This document shows positions 20,615 to 31,302 of a stretch of 64,000 nucleotides of DNA, piece by piece. Under the pieces are notes generated by a model, which was given only the letters and a program-made list of their open reading frames with translations, was not told the origin of the DNA and searched no databases. A program made the translations under genes and the position numbers. This DNA comes from Candidatus Melainabacteria bacterium RIFCSPHIGHO2_02_FULL_34_12 (GTDB lineage Bacteria > Cyanobacteriota > Vampirovibrionia > 2-02-FULL-35-15), in NCBI GenBank assembly GCA_001784555.1, contig MFRM01000020.1, forward strand, positions 101,733-165,732. Direction: 5' to 3'. Numbering within the stretch: position 1 is the first letter of the stretch; the number at the start of each line of letters is the position of its first letter.

Positions 20615-21532
20615 TTATATAATTTTTTCAGCTGCTCTTAATTTTGCGCTTCTTGCCCGTGGATTATCCCTCATTTCATTTTCGGAAGGAATTACTGGCT
20701 TTTTTGTTAAAATCTTAAAACTTTTATTGAACTTTAAAAAGTTTTTTGTAATTCTATCCTCTAATGAGTGAAAAGATATCACAGTTAGTCGGCTCTCGGG
20801 TAAAAGTGGTTCCTGAATAAAACAAAAAAATTGTTCCAAGTTTTCAAGTTCTTTATTTACTTCTATTCTTAAAGCCTGAAAAGTCCTGGTTGCAGGGTGG
20901 ATTTTATAAAATTTGCCTTTAGGATAACAAGATAAAACTAGCCTTGCTAGCTCTACAGTATCCTTTATTTTGCCTTGTCTTTGTCTGATTTCTATGATTT
21001 TTCTTGCAATTCTTCGGGAATACCGTTCTTCTCCATATTTGTAAATAATATCTGCAAGTTCAACTTCACTATATGAGTTTATTACTTTCTCTGCTGTTAA
21101 GCCTTGGCTTTTATCCATTCTCATATCCAAAGAAGCACTTGCTTTAAAGCTAAAACCTCTTTTTGGGTCATCTAATTGCAGTGAATTAACCCCTAGATCT
21201 AGAAGAACTCCGCCTGTTATCTTTTCTATATTTATACTTTTTAGTACTTCTCGTAATTCAGTAAAATCTGAATGGAAAAGATAACAGTTTTTATAACCTT
21301 TTAATCTCTCTTTAGCAATGTTAAGAACTATTTCGTCCTTTTCCAGCCCTATAAGTTTTCCGTTTTCACCAAGCTGTTTAAGAATCTCAATACTGTGTCC
21401 TCCACAACCTAAAGTACAGTCTACATAGATTTTATCTTTTTGAATATTCAGGAATTCAATTACTTCGTTTAATAAGACAGGCTTATGAAGCTGAAAATCA
21501 TTAAAATCTTTATCGTTAATATTATTTTTCAC
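20615..21532 (-). CDS. rsmH: 16S rRNA m4C1402 methyltransferase
   Basis: HKPVLL, DCTLGCGGHS, DLGVNS, HPATRTFQALRIEVN, NPRARSAKLR. Confidence 0.96.
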   Translation of the reverse strand: MKNNINDKDFNDFQLHKPVLLNEVIEFLNIQKDKIYVDCTLGCGGHSIEILKQLGENGKLIGLEKDEIVLNIAKERLKGYKNCYLFHSDFTELREVLKSINIEKITGGVLLDLGVNSLQLDDPKRGFSFKASASLDMRMDKSQGLTAEKVINSYSEVELADIIYKYGEERYSRRIARKIIEIRQRQGKIKDTVELARLVLSCYPKGKFYKIHPATRTFQALRIEVNKELENLEQFFCFIQEPLLPESRLTVISFHSLEDRITKNFLKFNKSFKILTKKPVIPSENEMRDNPRARSAKLRAAEKII

Positions 21533-22454
21533 AAATAAGTTTTAACAGGATTGCTTTTTGAGCATGAAGCCTGTTTTCTGCCTGCCGATAAATAAATTTA
21601 GAATATTTATCAAAAACACTTGCTGATATTTCCTGTTCCTTATGTGCTGGCAGACAATGTAAGACCACTGCATTTTTATCAGCATGTGAAACAAGCTCGT
21701 TATTAATCTGATAAGGAGCAAAATCCTTCTTTCTTTTTTCTGCTTCTTTTTCCTGTCCCATGCTTGCCCATACATCAGTGTAAAGAATATGTGCATTTTT
21801 AGCTGCAGCATGAGCGTCATTTGTAATTTCAATTTTAATTTTTGGATTTAATTTTCTGGCTGTTAGTATAAATTCTTCGCTAGGTTCGTAATTTTTAGGA
21901 GTAGCAATGGATATATTAATATTTGCCAAAGCACAACCCAAAAGCAAACTATGTGCCACGTTATTTCCATCTCCGACATAAGTTAATTTTAATCCATTCA
22001 AGTCTTTAAAAATCTCAGTTATTGTAAAAAGATCTGAAATAATCTGGCAAGGATGTTCTTCATCACTTAAACCATTGATTACAGGTACTAATGAATATTT
22101 GCCAAGTTCTTCAACCTGTTTATGTTCAAATGTTCTTATTACTATTCCACTTACATATCGACTTAGAACATTTGCAATGTCTTCCACGTTTTCCCTGGTA
22201 CCTACGCTTATCTCATCCATTTTAATAGTGACGGGCTGTCCACCAAGCTGATTAATTCCAACTTCAAAACTAACTCTTGTTCTAAGGCTTGGTTTTGCAA
22301 ATATCAGTGCAATGCTTTTTCCTGAGAGTGCATCTGATTTTAAGTGAGGATTTGATTTTATGTTTTTAGTTAAACTTAATAATTCTTGTAACCAATCTGA
22401 TGTAATATCAGCTATGCTTATAAGATCAGTTTTTTTGGTTTTTATCTCAGGCAT
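21522..22454 (-). CDS. argF: Ornithine carbamoyltransferase
   Basis: KPSLRTRVSFE, HPCQ, DVWASMG, HCLP. Confidence 0.94.
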   Translation of the reverse strand: MPEIKTKKTDLISIADITSDWLQELLSLTKNIKSNPHLKSDALSGKSIALIFAKPSLRTRVSFEVGINQLGGQPVTIKMDEISVGTRENVEDIANVLSRYVSGIVIRTFEHKQVEELGKYSLVPVINGLSDEEHPCQIISDLFTITEIFKDLNGLKLTYVGDGNNVAHSLLLGCALANINISIATPKNYEPSEEFILTARKLNPKIKIEITNDAHAAAKNAHILYTDVWASMGQEKEAEKRKKDFAPYQINNELVSHADKNAVVLHCLPAHKEQEISASVFDKYSKFIYRQAENRLHAQKAILLKLICEK

Positions 22455-22473
22455 TTTACTATTTTACTATCCT

Positions 22474-23628
22474 TTATTTAGTGATTTTCACTATTTTTAC
22501 GCCAGAATAATAATGTGTAAGAATTTGTTCATAAGTTAAGCCTTTTTCAGCTAGTGCCTTAGAGCCCCATTGTGAAAGCCCTAGTCCATGCCCGTACCCT
22601 CTTCCAGCAAATTTCACAACGTCTTTTTCAATCTTTAGATTAAATTTAGAACTTGGTAATTTTAAAGCTCTTCTAAGCTCTTCACCTCTTAGTTTTTTTT
22701 GTCCTTTGATACCAATCACATTAAGCCACATGATTCTGTTTGCAACACTTTTAGAAATAGGAATTATATCTTTTATTTCTCCTATATTTAAATCCTTTAA
22801 AAGATTATTAATTTCGTTTTTTGAATAATTTCTATACCATTGAAAATGAGGGGAGTTATCATCATAGTCTGGTCTGGGCTTTATATGTTCTGATGGTTTT
22901 TCATTCCATAAATTCTCAATGCTGTCAGTGTAACCGCCGCCACTTGAATGATATAAAGCAATTAAAGGTTTACCGTCTTTGCCTAAAAGAATAATTCCTT
23001 CAGTTTCTTTTACTGCATTTGTAGTGGATTTTTTTTCAGAAGAAATGCCCAGATATACCTGATCCTCTACACTGGATTCAAGATCATAGCCTTTACTTTT
23101 TCGCCTTCCCATATATCCGTAAGAATAAGATCTTGCTGCTACTGCCTGTGCTTTTAAGGCTTCTTTATGCCATTTGTTTGGTATTTCAGAAGGTACTACG
23201 CTGAGTAAATAATCTTCGATGTCTACATTATTTGCTACTGTAATATTTTTTTTGTCTCCATTAGTAAATATTATTAATCTTCCGCGATACCAGCGATCAT
23301 TACAGAAAACCAAACCTTTGTCCGGAATAAGCTCTATAGGTCCTGTAAAGCTGCCTATACTTGCATCAGTTAATTTATTTGTAATGCTGATAACACCATT
23401 TACGGTTTTTATCAGATAAGTTTCCATTTTTCTTATTTTAATTATTTCTTTGTTCGTGAAGATATTAATAAGTCTTGAGTTGGTGTCAGATCCTATTTTT
23501 ATATTTTGATCAGAGGTAATCAAGCCTATTTTTATGTTCATGCTTATTGCAGGAACATAAGAAGTAAAGCAAAATAAGCCAATAAAAAACAAGAAGTTAA
23601 ATAAAATATTTTTTAATTGGGTTTTCAT
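22474..23628 (-). CDS. SpoIID/LytB domain protein
   Basis: YLLSVVPSE, EALKAQAVAARSY, GYGHGLGLSQWG. Confidence 0.92.
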   Translation of the reverse strand: MKTQLKNILFNFLFFIGLFCFTSYVPAISMNIKIGLITSDQNIKIGSDTNSRLINIFTNKEIIKIRKMETYLIKTVNGVISITNKLTDASIGSFTGPIELIPDKGLVFCNDRWYRGRLIIFTNGDKKNITVANNVDIEDYLLSVVPSEIPNKWHKEALKAQAVAARSYSYGYMGRRKSKGYDLESSVEDQVYLGISSEKKSTTNAVKETEGIILLGKDGKPLIALYHSSGGGYTDSIENLWNEKPSEHIKPRPDYDDNSPHFQWYRNYSKNEINNLLKDLNIGEIKDIIPISKSVANRIMWLNVIGIKGQKKLRGEELRRALKLPSSKFNLKIEKDVVKFAGRGYGHGLGLSQWGSKALAEKGLTYEQILTHYYSGVKIVKITK

Positions 23629-23849
23629 TTTCTTAGAATTAAGCCCAGCAAAAGGCTTAAAATTATGCTTAATATAATTGATGTTGCTAGCGGAAAATAA
23701 AATGTAAAGTTTCCCTTTTGAATAAGAATATCGCCAGGAAGTTTTCCTAAGCCAATCCCAAGTTTCCCTAAGAAAAATAAGATACTCCCGCAGATAAGAA
23801 AAAAAACTCCAAAAAAAATAAAATATTTTGCTAATGAGGTCAAATCCAT
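23625..23849 (-). CDS. Small membrane protein (DUF2905-like)
   Basis: GKLPGDI..K.NFTFYFPLATSI motif flanked by TMs. Confidence 0.8.
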   Translation of the reverse strand: MDLTSLAKYFIFFGVFFLICGSILFFLGKLGIGLGKLPGDILIQKGNFTFYFPLATSIILSIILSLLLGLILRK

Positions 23850-23854
23850 GATGG

Positions 23855-25315
23855 TTACTTGCAACTAGAAGCCCAGCAAAGGTTTAAGCTTCTTGCAGCA
23901 TGAGCTTCATCAACTCTTCCTACTGGTGTATTATATGGTGCGCCATTTACAAGTTCTGGATTTGATATAGCTTCAGCAGCTACTTGTTTCATAATTTCAA
24001 TAAATCTGTCCAGTTCTTCTTTTGATTCTGTTTCAGTAGGCTCAATCATTATTGCTTCCTGTACTACTAGCGGGAAATAAACCGTAGGTGAATGTACTCC
24101 AAAATCCAGAAGCCTTTTTGCAATTGCCAGAGTGCTTACACCGTGTTTTTTTTGTCTTTTACCCGAGAGAACAAATTCATGCATGCAGTCTATGTCATAG
24201 GGCAAATCATAATCTTTTTTTAAATTTTCTTTCATATAATTTGCATTTAGTACTGCATCTTTACTTACCTGATTAAGTCCTTCTTTTCCGTTTGCCCAGA
24301 TATAAGCTAATGCTCTGACAAACATTCCAAAATTACCGTAATATCCTTTCACTTTTCCTATGGAATCTTTTCTGTCATAATCCCAATAAAAGACTCCGTC
24401 TTTTGATTTGCTTAGAATAGGAATTGGTAAACAAGGTTCTAATTTTTCATTACAGCAGACCACGCCTGCTCCAGGTCCGCCGCCGCCGTGCGGAGTAGAA
24501 AAAGTTTTATGTAAATTAAGGTGACAAACATCAAATCCCATATCTCCTGGTCTGGCTATGCCCATGATGGCATTTAAGTTTGCACCGTCATAGTATTGAA
24601 GAGCTCCAGCTTGGTGAACAAGTTTAGTGATGGTAAGAATATCTTCTTCAAAGATTCCAAGAGTATTTGGATTTGTAAGCATTATTGCAGCAGTGGTTTC
24701 ATCCAGGTTACTTTTAAGCGAATCTAGATCTACCTGTCCTTTATTGTTTGATTTAAGTTCTACCACTGTAAAATTACACATGCTGGCTGTAGCTGGATTT
24801 GTGCCATGAGCAGTATCAGGTACTAGTACCTTTGTTCTTTTTTTATCACCTTTTTTTTCAAAGTATTTCTTTATCATCAGAAGTCCGGTTAATTCTCCAT
24901 GAGCACCTGCTGCTGGTTGCAATGTTATAGCTTTAAAGCCGCTGATTTCTTTTAAGTACTCACTTAAGATAAACATTATTTCAAGTGCGCCTTGAACCTG
25001 GTCTTCTGGTTGTAATGGATGAAGGTTTGAAAGTCTTTCAAATCTTGATACAAGTTCATTTATTTTAGGGTTATATTTCATGGTACAGGAGCCAAGGGGA
25101 TAAAATCCTTTGTCAATTGAAAAGTTTTTACTTGCAAGTTCTGAAAAATGCCTTATTAATTCAAGCTCTGATACTTCGGGTAGGTTCAGTTTTTCTCTTC
25201 TAATATAATTTTCAGGTATAAGATCTAAGATAGGTTTTGAAGGTTCATTTTCTGCCTGAGGTACGTTTGCGCAGATTCTGCCGGGTTTTGATTTTTCGAA
25301 GATGAGTTTGGACAT
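23855..25315 (-). CDS. gcvPB: Glycine dehydrogenase (decarboxylating) subunit 2
   Basis: [43 protein letters not shown]; start set at MSKLIFEKS. Confidence 0.95.
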   Translation of the reverse strand: MSKLIFEKSKPGRICANVPQAENEPSKPILDLIPENYIRREKLNLPEVSELELIRHFSELASKNFSIDKGFYPLGSCTMKYNPKINELVSRFERLSNLHPLQPEDQVQGALEIMFILSEYLKEISGFKAITLQPAAGAHGELTGLLMIKKYFEKKGDKKRTKVLVPDTAHGTNPATASMCNFTVVELKSNNKGQVDLDSLKSNLDETTAAIMLTNPNTLGIFEEDILTITKLVHQAGALQYYDGANLNAIMGIARPGDMGFDVCHLNLHKTFSTPHGGGGPGAGVVCCNEKLEPCLPIPILSKSKDGVFYWDYDRKDSIGKVKGYYGNFGMFVRALAYIWANGKEGLNQVSKDAVLNANYMKENLKKDYDLPYDIDCMHEFVLSGKRQKKHGVSTLAIAKRLLDFGVHSPTVYFPLVVQEAIMIEPTETESKEELDRFIEIMKQVAAEAISNPELVNGAPYNTPVGRVDEAHAARSLNLCWASSCK

Positions 25316-25352
25316 AAAATTCTTAAATGCTATGAGCTTATATTTTAACTTG

Positions 25353-25377
25353 AAGGCGAGGTTATCAACCTCGCCTT
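25353..25377. repeat. GC-rich hairpin resembling the palindrome family core, upstream of gcvPB
   Basis: aaggcgaggtt-atc-aacctcgcctt. Confidence 0.55.
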
Positions 25378-25548
25378 TTAAACAACTCAAGTGATCTTGT
25401 GAAAATAAAATGTATATATCTATTGCAGGATTTTTAAATGAAATTCATTGATTCCTACGTAACATTTTGAGAACATTTATCAATAGAGGCTTAATCTGAG
25501 AAAGATTTTCAGTAATAATAATTATTTGAGAAAGACTATCAATAAATT

Positions 25549-26697
25549 ATGCCCATAGCTACGCGACAAGTATTAGTTCTTCGAGAAGCTTTTAATAAAG
25601 CTGGGAAAATGATTTCTTCCAGGAGTAGTCCATTAATTCATGGCCTGAGTTCACAACAATTTACTGCTGAATTAGGAGATGGATATTTCAGAGCACAAAA
25701 TAATTTTCCATGGAGTCCAGGGATAGCAGCTGCAGCAATTGAAACAGCAGGAGCAGGAGCACTTTTAAAATGTTTTCCTGGGATAACAACAAAAGTTAAT
25801 CTTGCTACAACACTAATTGAATTTGTAAATGCAGCTGTTTCAAATTCAAAAAAAATCCCTAAACTTATAAAAGAAGATTTTCTTGCATGGTTACAAGTTA
25901 TTGCTGGGATTTCAGGTTTTATTGGAGTAATAAAAGAAAATTTATTTGATAGTCAAAAACATGATTTCAGCCGTGTTCCTTTTTGGGAAAAAGTAGGTTT
26001 AAGTGTTGCTTCTGCTTTTAATGTATTTTCAATGGCTTCAGGTGCCATTGAAAAAAGTTTATTATCCATGGTTTGTAAAAATAGGGACGAAGACAATGAA
26101 CTAAGATCAATCCCTGAATATAGAACAAGCCGATCTTCTGCTCAAAGTGACAGAAGGTGCCAGTATGAATGGTTTGGAATGGCTTTACTTCCCTGGCTGT
26201 ATAACTTTACATGGTTAAAAAAAGTAGCTGATGTTTTAATATCTTACTTTGCTCTTAAGGAAGGCTGTGAAACATTTGCTGAGCGTATTGATAAGGGTGA
26301 AGTAATGTTCCCTTTTCTTCCCGAAAAGTGGCAAGGAGAGAAATTAAAAGGACTTGTGAAATTTTCAGATGATCCCTTTTTCTTTCTTAGAAAAGAAGAT
26401 AAAGAAAAAAATGACTACAAACTTCTTTGGCCTTATGATAGGTTTATAGAATTTTTAATAGGTACAGAATCAGATGAAAATGGCCCAGGGAGTAGTGGTT
26501 TTAGAAATTATTGCATAGCTCCAATGTTTAGTTTTTTTGGATGTAAAGATCTGCCTCATTATTACCTCGATAATGATGGGAATATAATTGTTGAATTTGA
26601 AGAACAGGACAATTCGTTTGGAAATGAAGGACCAATGATTGCAGGAAGTGTTCCTGCTACTGAATCACTTAGATATGCTGGTGGCGTAGGGAGATAA
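25549..26697 (+). CDS. Hypothetical protein with hydrophobic segments (382 aa)
   Basis: Long ORF, no recognised motif, convergent with rpsG. Confidence 0.75.
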   Translation: MPIATRQVLVLREAFNKAGKMISSRSSPLIHGLSSQQFTAELGDGYFRAQNNFPWSPGIAAAAIETAGAGALLKCFPGITTKVNLATTLIEFVNAAVSNSKKIPKLIKEDFLAWLQVIAGISGFIGVIKENLFDSQKHDFSRVPFWEKVGLSVASAFNVFSMASGAIEKSLLSMVCKNRDEDNELRSIPEYRTSRSSAQSDRRCQYEWFGMALLPWLYNFTWLKKVADVLISYFALKEGCETFAERIDKGEVMFPFLPEKWQGEKLKGLVKFSDDPFFFLRKEDKEKNDYKLLWPYDRFIEFLIGTESDENGPGSSGFRNYCIAPMFSFFGCKDLPHYYLDNDGNIIVEFEEQDNSFGNEGPMIAGSVPATESLRYAGGVGR

Positions 26698-26699
26698 AT

Positions 26700-27173
26700 C
26701 TAATAACGATAATGTGCAAAGGCTTTATTTGCTTCTGCCATTTTATGTGTATCTTCTTTTTTCTTAACAGCAGTTCCTTGTCCGTTAAATGCATCTGATA
26801 ATTCACTGGCAAGTTTTTCACTAAATGATTTTCCTGATCTGCTTTTGGCTGCATTTATAAGCCATCTGGATCCAAGTGATTCACCTTCAAATTGACCTAC
26901 TTCAATAGGTACCTGATATGTACTTCCACCTATTCTTCGGGCTTTAACTTTTACAAGCGGGGTAACATTTCGAATTGCTTTTTTGAATATTTCTATTGGT
27001 TCTTGTTTTGTTTTTTCTTTTACAAGATCAAAAGAACTATAAACTATTCTTTGCGCAGTGGATTTTTTACCGTTTCTCATTACACGATTTATAAATCTTT
27101 GAACCTGTGTGCTTTTAAATTTTGAATCTGGTTCAACTGGTTTTCTTTTTTCGTAATCGCCTTTACGGGTCAT
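26700..27173 (-). CDS. rpsG: 30S ribosomal protein S7
   Basis: GKKSTAQRIVY, RRIGGSTYQVP, HKMAEANKAFAHYRY. Confidence 0.98.
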   Translation of the reverse strand: MTRKGDYEKRKPVEPDSKFKSTQVQRFINRVMRNGKKSTAQRIVYSSFDLVKEKTKQEPIEIFKKAIRNVTPLVKVKARRIGGSTYQVPIEVGQFEGESLGSRWLINAAKSRSGKSFSEKLASELSDAFNGQGTAVKKKEDTHKMAEANKAFAHYRY

Positions 27174-27186
27174 ATTTTATATTCCT

Positions 27187-27588
27187 CTATTTTGCTGCTG
27201 GTGTTTTTCCTGGCGTGCCTTGTTCGAGCTTAGTTCCATATTTTGAACGACTTTGTTTTCTATCTTTTACGCCTTGTGTGTCAAGAGTACCTCTTACGAT
27301 ATGGTATCTGACACCAGGTAAATCTTTTACCCTTCCTCCACGAATTAATACCACTGAGTGTTCCTGTAGATTGTGTCCGACTCCTGGAATGTAAGCAGTA
27401 ACTTCAGCTCCATTGGTTAACTTTACACGTGCAATTTTTCTTAAAGCTGAATTTGGTTTTTTTGGTGTGGTAGTTTTAACCTGTGTACAAACACCTCTTT
27501 TCTGAGGACAACTCTGTAGTGCAGGTGATTTTGTTTTTACCGTTATTTTTTTTCTTTTTTTAGAGACTAACTGATTAACTGTGGGCAT
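27187..27588 (-). CDS. rpsL: 30S ribosomal protein S12
   Basis: [28 protein letters not shown]. Confidence 0.98.
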   Translation of the reverse strand: MPTVNQLVSKKRKKITVKTKSPALQSCPQKRGVCTQVKTTTPKKPNSALRKIARVKLTNGAEVTAYIPGVGHNLQEHSVVLIRGGRVKDLPGVRYHIVRGTLDTQGVKDRKQSRSKYGTKLEQGTPGKTPAAK

Positions 27589-27972
27589 CTTATTTCCTTA
27601 CTTTAAATAAACCCGCAAAGTAAAATACTACAATGCTTTACTGGTTTTTTGTCAAATATCTGAAGAGAGATAATCAGAGGCAGATTTTAGATAAAAGTTA
27701 AAATTATATTCAAAAATATTAAAAAATCCTCATTTTTATTGGTATTTTGACACATAAGCCCTATTATATGACCAGGGGAATATATAAAAGCTAGTCTTAC
27801 AAATCATATGTGCAAAATGTAAATTAAGTGTGAATTGTAATTATAATCATGACTAAATATAGGATAAATAAAACGGTTATTAAGAAAGGTTTTGTCCGAC
27901 TTGTTCGGCAAAACCTGGTTAATGGGAAGTGTAAATTGCCAAGAGCACTTTGCAAAGCCGGCGAAGTGAATT

Positions 27973-29145
27973 ATGAACGAGCCGGCGGTGAAAAAAAATA
28001 TGAGTTATAAACCTGAACAATTACTTAATGCAATAGTTAACTGTTCCCCAGATGGGTATGTAGCTTCAGATGAATTTGGCAAAATAACTTTTGTTAATGA
28101 AATCATAGAAAAAATCACTGGCTGGACGCATAAAGAACTTCTTGGTCAGGAAGTGGCAAAATTTTATTCTTTGCCTGAGAGTTTAATAAGTAGTCTCTCA
28201 AGCGGTGAACCTGTTTCAGTGCCGCAGGCAGCAATTTTATTTCGGAGAGATGGAAAAAAAATCACATTGCGTGCAAGACAAATCGAGATAAGAGAAACTA
28301 ATAAAAATAAAAATGACCAAAAATTTTGTGGCTATCTGACAATCTTTCATACTGAATATCCGACAGGTTCTAGTGCTGATAGGGCTCAGGTAGAGTTTGT
28401 AAGTACTGTAAGCCATGAATTAAGAACCCCGTTAACCAGCATTAAAGGCTTTGCTGAAACATTGCTTAGATCCTGGAGTATACTGGCTGAAGAAAATAAA
28501 AATAAATATATAACCATTATTAAGGAGCAAGCAGATAGACTCATAAGACTGGTAGAAGACTTATTGGCTGTATCAAGACTTGAATCACATAATTTTCAGC
28601 TTACAGTCAGAGCACTGGATTTAAAAAAGTATGTAAACAAAGTATGTGAATCACTCTCTGCAAAAAGTAAAAATCATAAAATCATACAAAAAATCGAAAA
28701 TGATATTCCAAATGTCTGGGCTGATGCAGATCGCCTTGAACAAATACTTACAAACTTAATTGATAATGCAATTAAATATTCACCGAATGGTTCTTCTGTA
28801 ACCATCGTGGGTTCATCACTTTTAAATGATCAAGGTTTAAAGGACAAACTTAAAATTCAAATCACTGATCAGGGAATAGGGATAAGTCAGACAGACCAGG
28901 AAAAAATATTCAGTAAGTTCGGAAGACTAGATAATCCACTTACCAGGCAAACACAGGGCACTGGACTTGGGTTATTTATTACAAAATCTCTTGTACTTGC
29001 TTTAAAAGGAGATATAAGTGTTAGTAGCAAGCCAGGAGAAACTACTTTTACTGTAATTCTTCCAGCTGTTATTAGTAGCCAGGCAATTCCACTTGGAGCA
29101 GGCAGTGATTTAAAAGTAAGTGAGTTAGAAAATAAACAAATATGA
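27973..29145 (+). CDS. Cytoplasmic PAS-domain sensor histidine kinase
   Basis: PAS-like N-terminus; SHELRTPLTSI, NLIDNAIKY, DQGIGI, GTGLGL boxes; start may be ATG 28000. Confidence 0.93.
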   Translation: MNEPAVKKNMSYKPEQLLNAIVNCSPDGYVASDEFGKITFVNEIIEKITGWTHKELLGQEVAKFYSLPESLISSLSSGEPVSVPQAAILFRRDGKKITLRARQIEIRETNKNKNDQKFCGYLTIFHTEYPTGSSADRAQVEFVSTVSHELRTPLTSIKGFAETLLRSWSILAEENKNKYITIIKEQADRLIRLVEDLLAVSRLESHNFQLTVRALDLKKYVNKVCESLSAKSKNHKIIQKIENDIPNVWADADRLEQILTNLIDNAIKYSPNGSSVTIVGSSLLNDQGLKDKLKIQITDQGIGISQTDQEKIFSKFGRLDNPLTRQTQGTGLGLFITKSLVLALKGDISVSSKPGETTFTVILPAVISSQAIPLGAGSDLKVSELENKQI

Positions 29146-30479
29146 GTTCAGTTCAACTTACAACCAGAGTCCTTATAGTTACCAGGGAAGAAAATCAGCC
29201 TGTAATGATGGCTTTGGAGCAGGCAGGATTTAAGGTTGAAAAGGTAGACAATATTACTAAAGCTGAAAATATATTAAAGTCTCTTCGACCGGATTTAATA
29301 TTGCTTTACAGCGATATGACCGGTGATCATGGACAACATTTTTGTACTTTTATTAAATCTGTTGAAATTAATCCCCGCCCTATTATTGTTTTTTTAGTGC
29401 ATGAAAATAATCCAGACGAAAGAATAGAAGTCTTAAGAGCTGGAGCAGATGATGTAATTTCTTATCCAATTTCCGGCAAAGAAATTGCATTCCGAATAAT
29501 GGCTCACATCCGCAGAAGACAGGAGACTCACGTTAATTTACTTACCGGACTTCCAGACGGTGTAATAGCAAATAATTTAATAGAACATTGCATAGCTGAG
29601 GTAGATAATTGGGCAGTGCTTTCAATTGATCTTGATAATTTAAGAGTTTATAACGAAACATATGGTGAGAGCAGAGGAGATCAAATGATTAAAGCACTAG
29701 CAGCAGTACTTAAATCTGTTTTAACTCCAGATGATTTTCTTGCTCACAGAGACAGTGATGATTTTATTCTTGTAGCACGTACTGAAAATCCTGAAGCTGT
29801 AGCTGAAGAAATATGCAGAAGATTTGATTTTATAGGACCACGTTTTTATACTCAGGAAGATGCTTCACGAGGATATGTAATTGGAGTTGGTCCAAAAGGT
29901 ATTAGGAGAAGAGTCCCTCTTGTTTCCATAAGTATAGGAGTTACTGCTAAAGGACGAAGAAAATTTTCAAGTGCAGTTGAAGTTTTACAGGTAGCACGTG
30001 ATATGAGATATCTGGCAAAAAGCAAGATTGGATCTGACTGGGTAAGTGACAGATTAAGACTTGCAGCAAATGAGACTGTGAAAAAAGACAACAGAATAAA
30101 AATACTAGTAGTTGAACCGGATGCATCCATGTCTCTTTTATTAAAGGATACACTGGAAATGGAAGGTTATTTTGTAGAAGTATCTCATAGTGCTCATGAG
30201 GCATGGACACTTACAAATAAATGGCAGCCGGAATTAATTTTGCTTGAAACAGATATGCCTTACGGTGAATTTGATGGGTGGGAATTAACTAGTAAAGTAA
30301 AACAAAACCCTCAACTGGCAAGAATATGGATTATTATGACCACTAAAAATTCAGATCATACCAGAGCGCTTGAGTGTGGTGCAGATCTTTATCTTCCAAA
30401 ACCTTATGAACTTCAGGTACTTTTTTCAGAGATAAGATATTTACTCAGAACCAGAATCAAATCGAGCATTTTACTTTAA
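29142..30479 (+). CDS. REC-GGDEF-REC regulator, all domains degenerate
   Basis: Two receiver folds flank a GGDEF fold (LTGLP, IDLDN, HRDSDDF); overlaps kinase stop. Confidence 0.85.
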   Translation: MSSVQLTTRVLIVTREENQPVMMALEQAGFKVEKVDNITKAENILKSLRPDLILLYSDMTGDHGQHFCTFIKSVEINPRPIIVFLVHENNPDERIEVLRAGADDVISYPISGKEIAFRIMAHIRRRQETHVNLLTGLPDGVIANNLIEHCIAEVDNWAVLSIDLDNLRVYNETYGESRGDQMIKALAAVLKSVLTPDDFLAHRDSDDFILVARTENPEAVAEEICRRFDFIGPRFYTQEDASRGYVIGVGPKGIRRRVPLVSISIGVTAKGRRKFSSAVEVLQVARDMRYLAKSKIGSDWVSDRLRLAANETVKKDNRIKILVVEPDASMSLLLKDTLEMEGYFVEVSHSAHEAWTLTNKWQPELILLETDMPYGEFDGWELTSKVKQNPQLARIWIIMTTKNSDHTRALECGADLYLPKPYELQVLFSEIRYLLRTRIKSSILL

Positions 30480-30482
30480 CAG

Positions 30483-30588
30483 GATTTATGCAAAAGAGTG
30501 AGCAGTGATAGGGCATCCGAAGCCTGCGTGTGCCTTGTGTGCACAAGCAGGCGAAGTGGTGCCTTATCCTGTGAACTTTGCATAAATC
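30483..30588. repeat. 106-bp bulged hairpin/MITE-like element between convergent genes
   Basis: 12-bp perfect terminal inverted repeat GATTTATGCAAA, nested stems with GAA bulges. Confidence 0.75.
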
Positions 30589-30599
30589 ACATTTGAGAT

Positions 30600-31094
30600 T
30601 TAGTCGTCAGAACTTGCTAGTTTAAAATCTGAGGCTTTAACATTCTGTAAAAAGCTTTTAAATGCTTCAGTGTCTTCATCGTCAGACTCCATTTCAGTAG
30701 GTATAGTACCGTCTGCAAAAACTTTTTCAGAAATCATAATAGGACAATTTACTCTTAATGAAACTGCAATTGCATCGCTTGGTCTTGAATCAACAGGGAT
30801 CATTTCCCCTATTTTATTTTCAAGAATAATAGAAGAGAAATAAGTATTTTCATTTAAGTCATTTATTTCTATGTGATGTATTTTATGTCCGGTTCCTTCA
30901 ATAATATTAATAATGAGATCATGTGTCAGTGGTCTTTCTGGTTTAAATCCTTCAAGTGCTCTTGCAATAGCCTGTGCTTCTGCATGCCCTATCCATATCG
31001 GAAGAGCACGTTTTTTTGATTCGTCATTTAAAATAACCAGTGGGTGGTTATTTCTAACGTCAAGTGCAATTCCTGTTACAAACATTTCAATCAT
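30600..31094 (-). CDS. Bifunctional nuclease family protein (DUF151)
   Basis: LPIWIG..EA.AI, RPLTHDL, DSRPSDAIA. Confidence 0.92.
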   Translation of the reverse strand: MIEMFVTGIALDVRNNHPLVILNDESKKRALPIWIGHAEAQAIARALEGFKPERPLTHDLIINIIEGTGHKIHHIEINDLNENTYFSSIILENKIGEMIPVDSRPSDAIAVSLRVNCPIMISEKVFADGTIPTEMESDDEDTEAFKSFLQNVKASDFKLASSDD

Positions 31095-31302
31095 TATTAG
31101 TTACCTTAAAATATGTTTCATTACGATTTTACTTTAATTCGACAAAAACATCATAATCTAAAGAACCTTTAAGAAATTGATTTTTAACTATATTCCCTAA
31201 AATAGCTTAAAACCCTCTATTTTACTTGTTCTTAAGGTTTGGAAGGGATTTGAGGCATAAATGATATATATTTAAATATTCTAAACTTACAAAACAATAT
31301 GG

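Noticed and set aside
27905..27960. c-di-GMP-I riboswitch (GGCAAA...GCAAAG words)
   Set aside because: Lacks the GNRA-capped P2 and the correct spacing; kept only as an unassigned structured leader.
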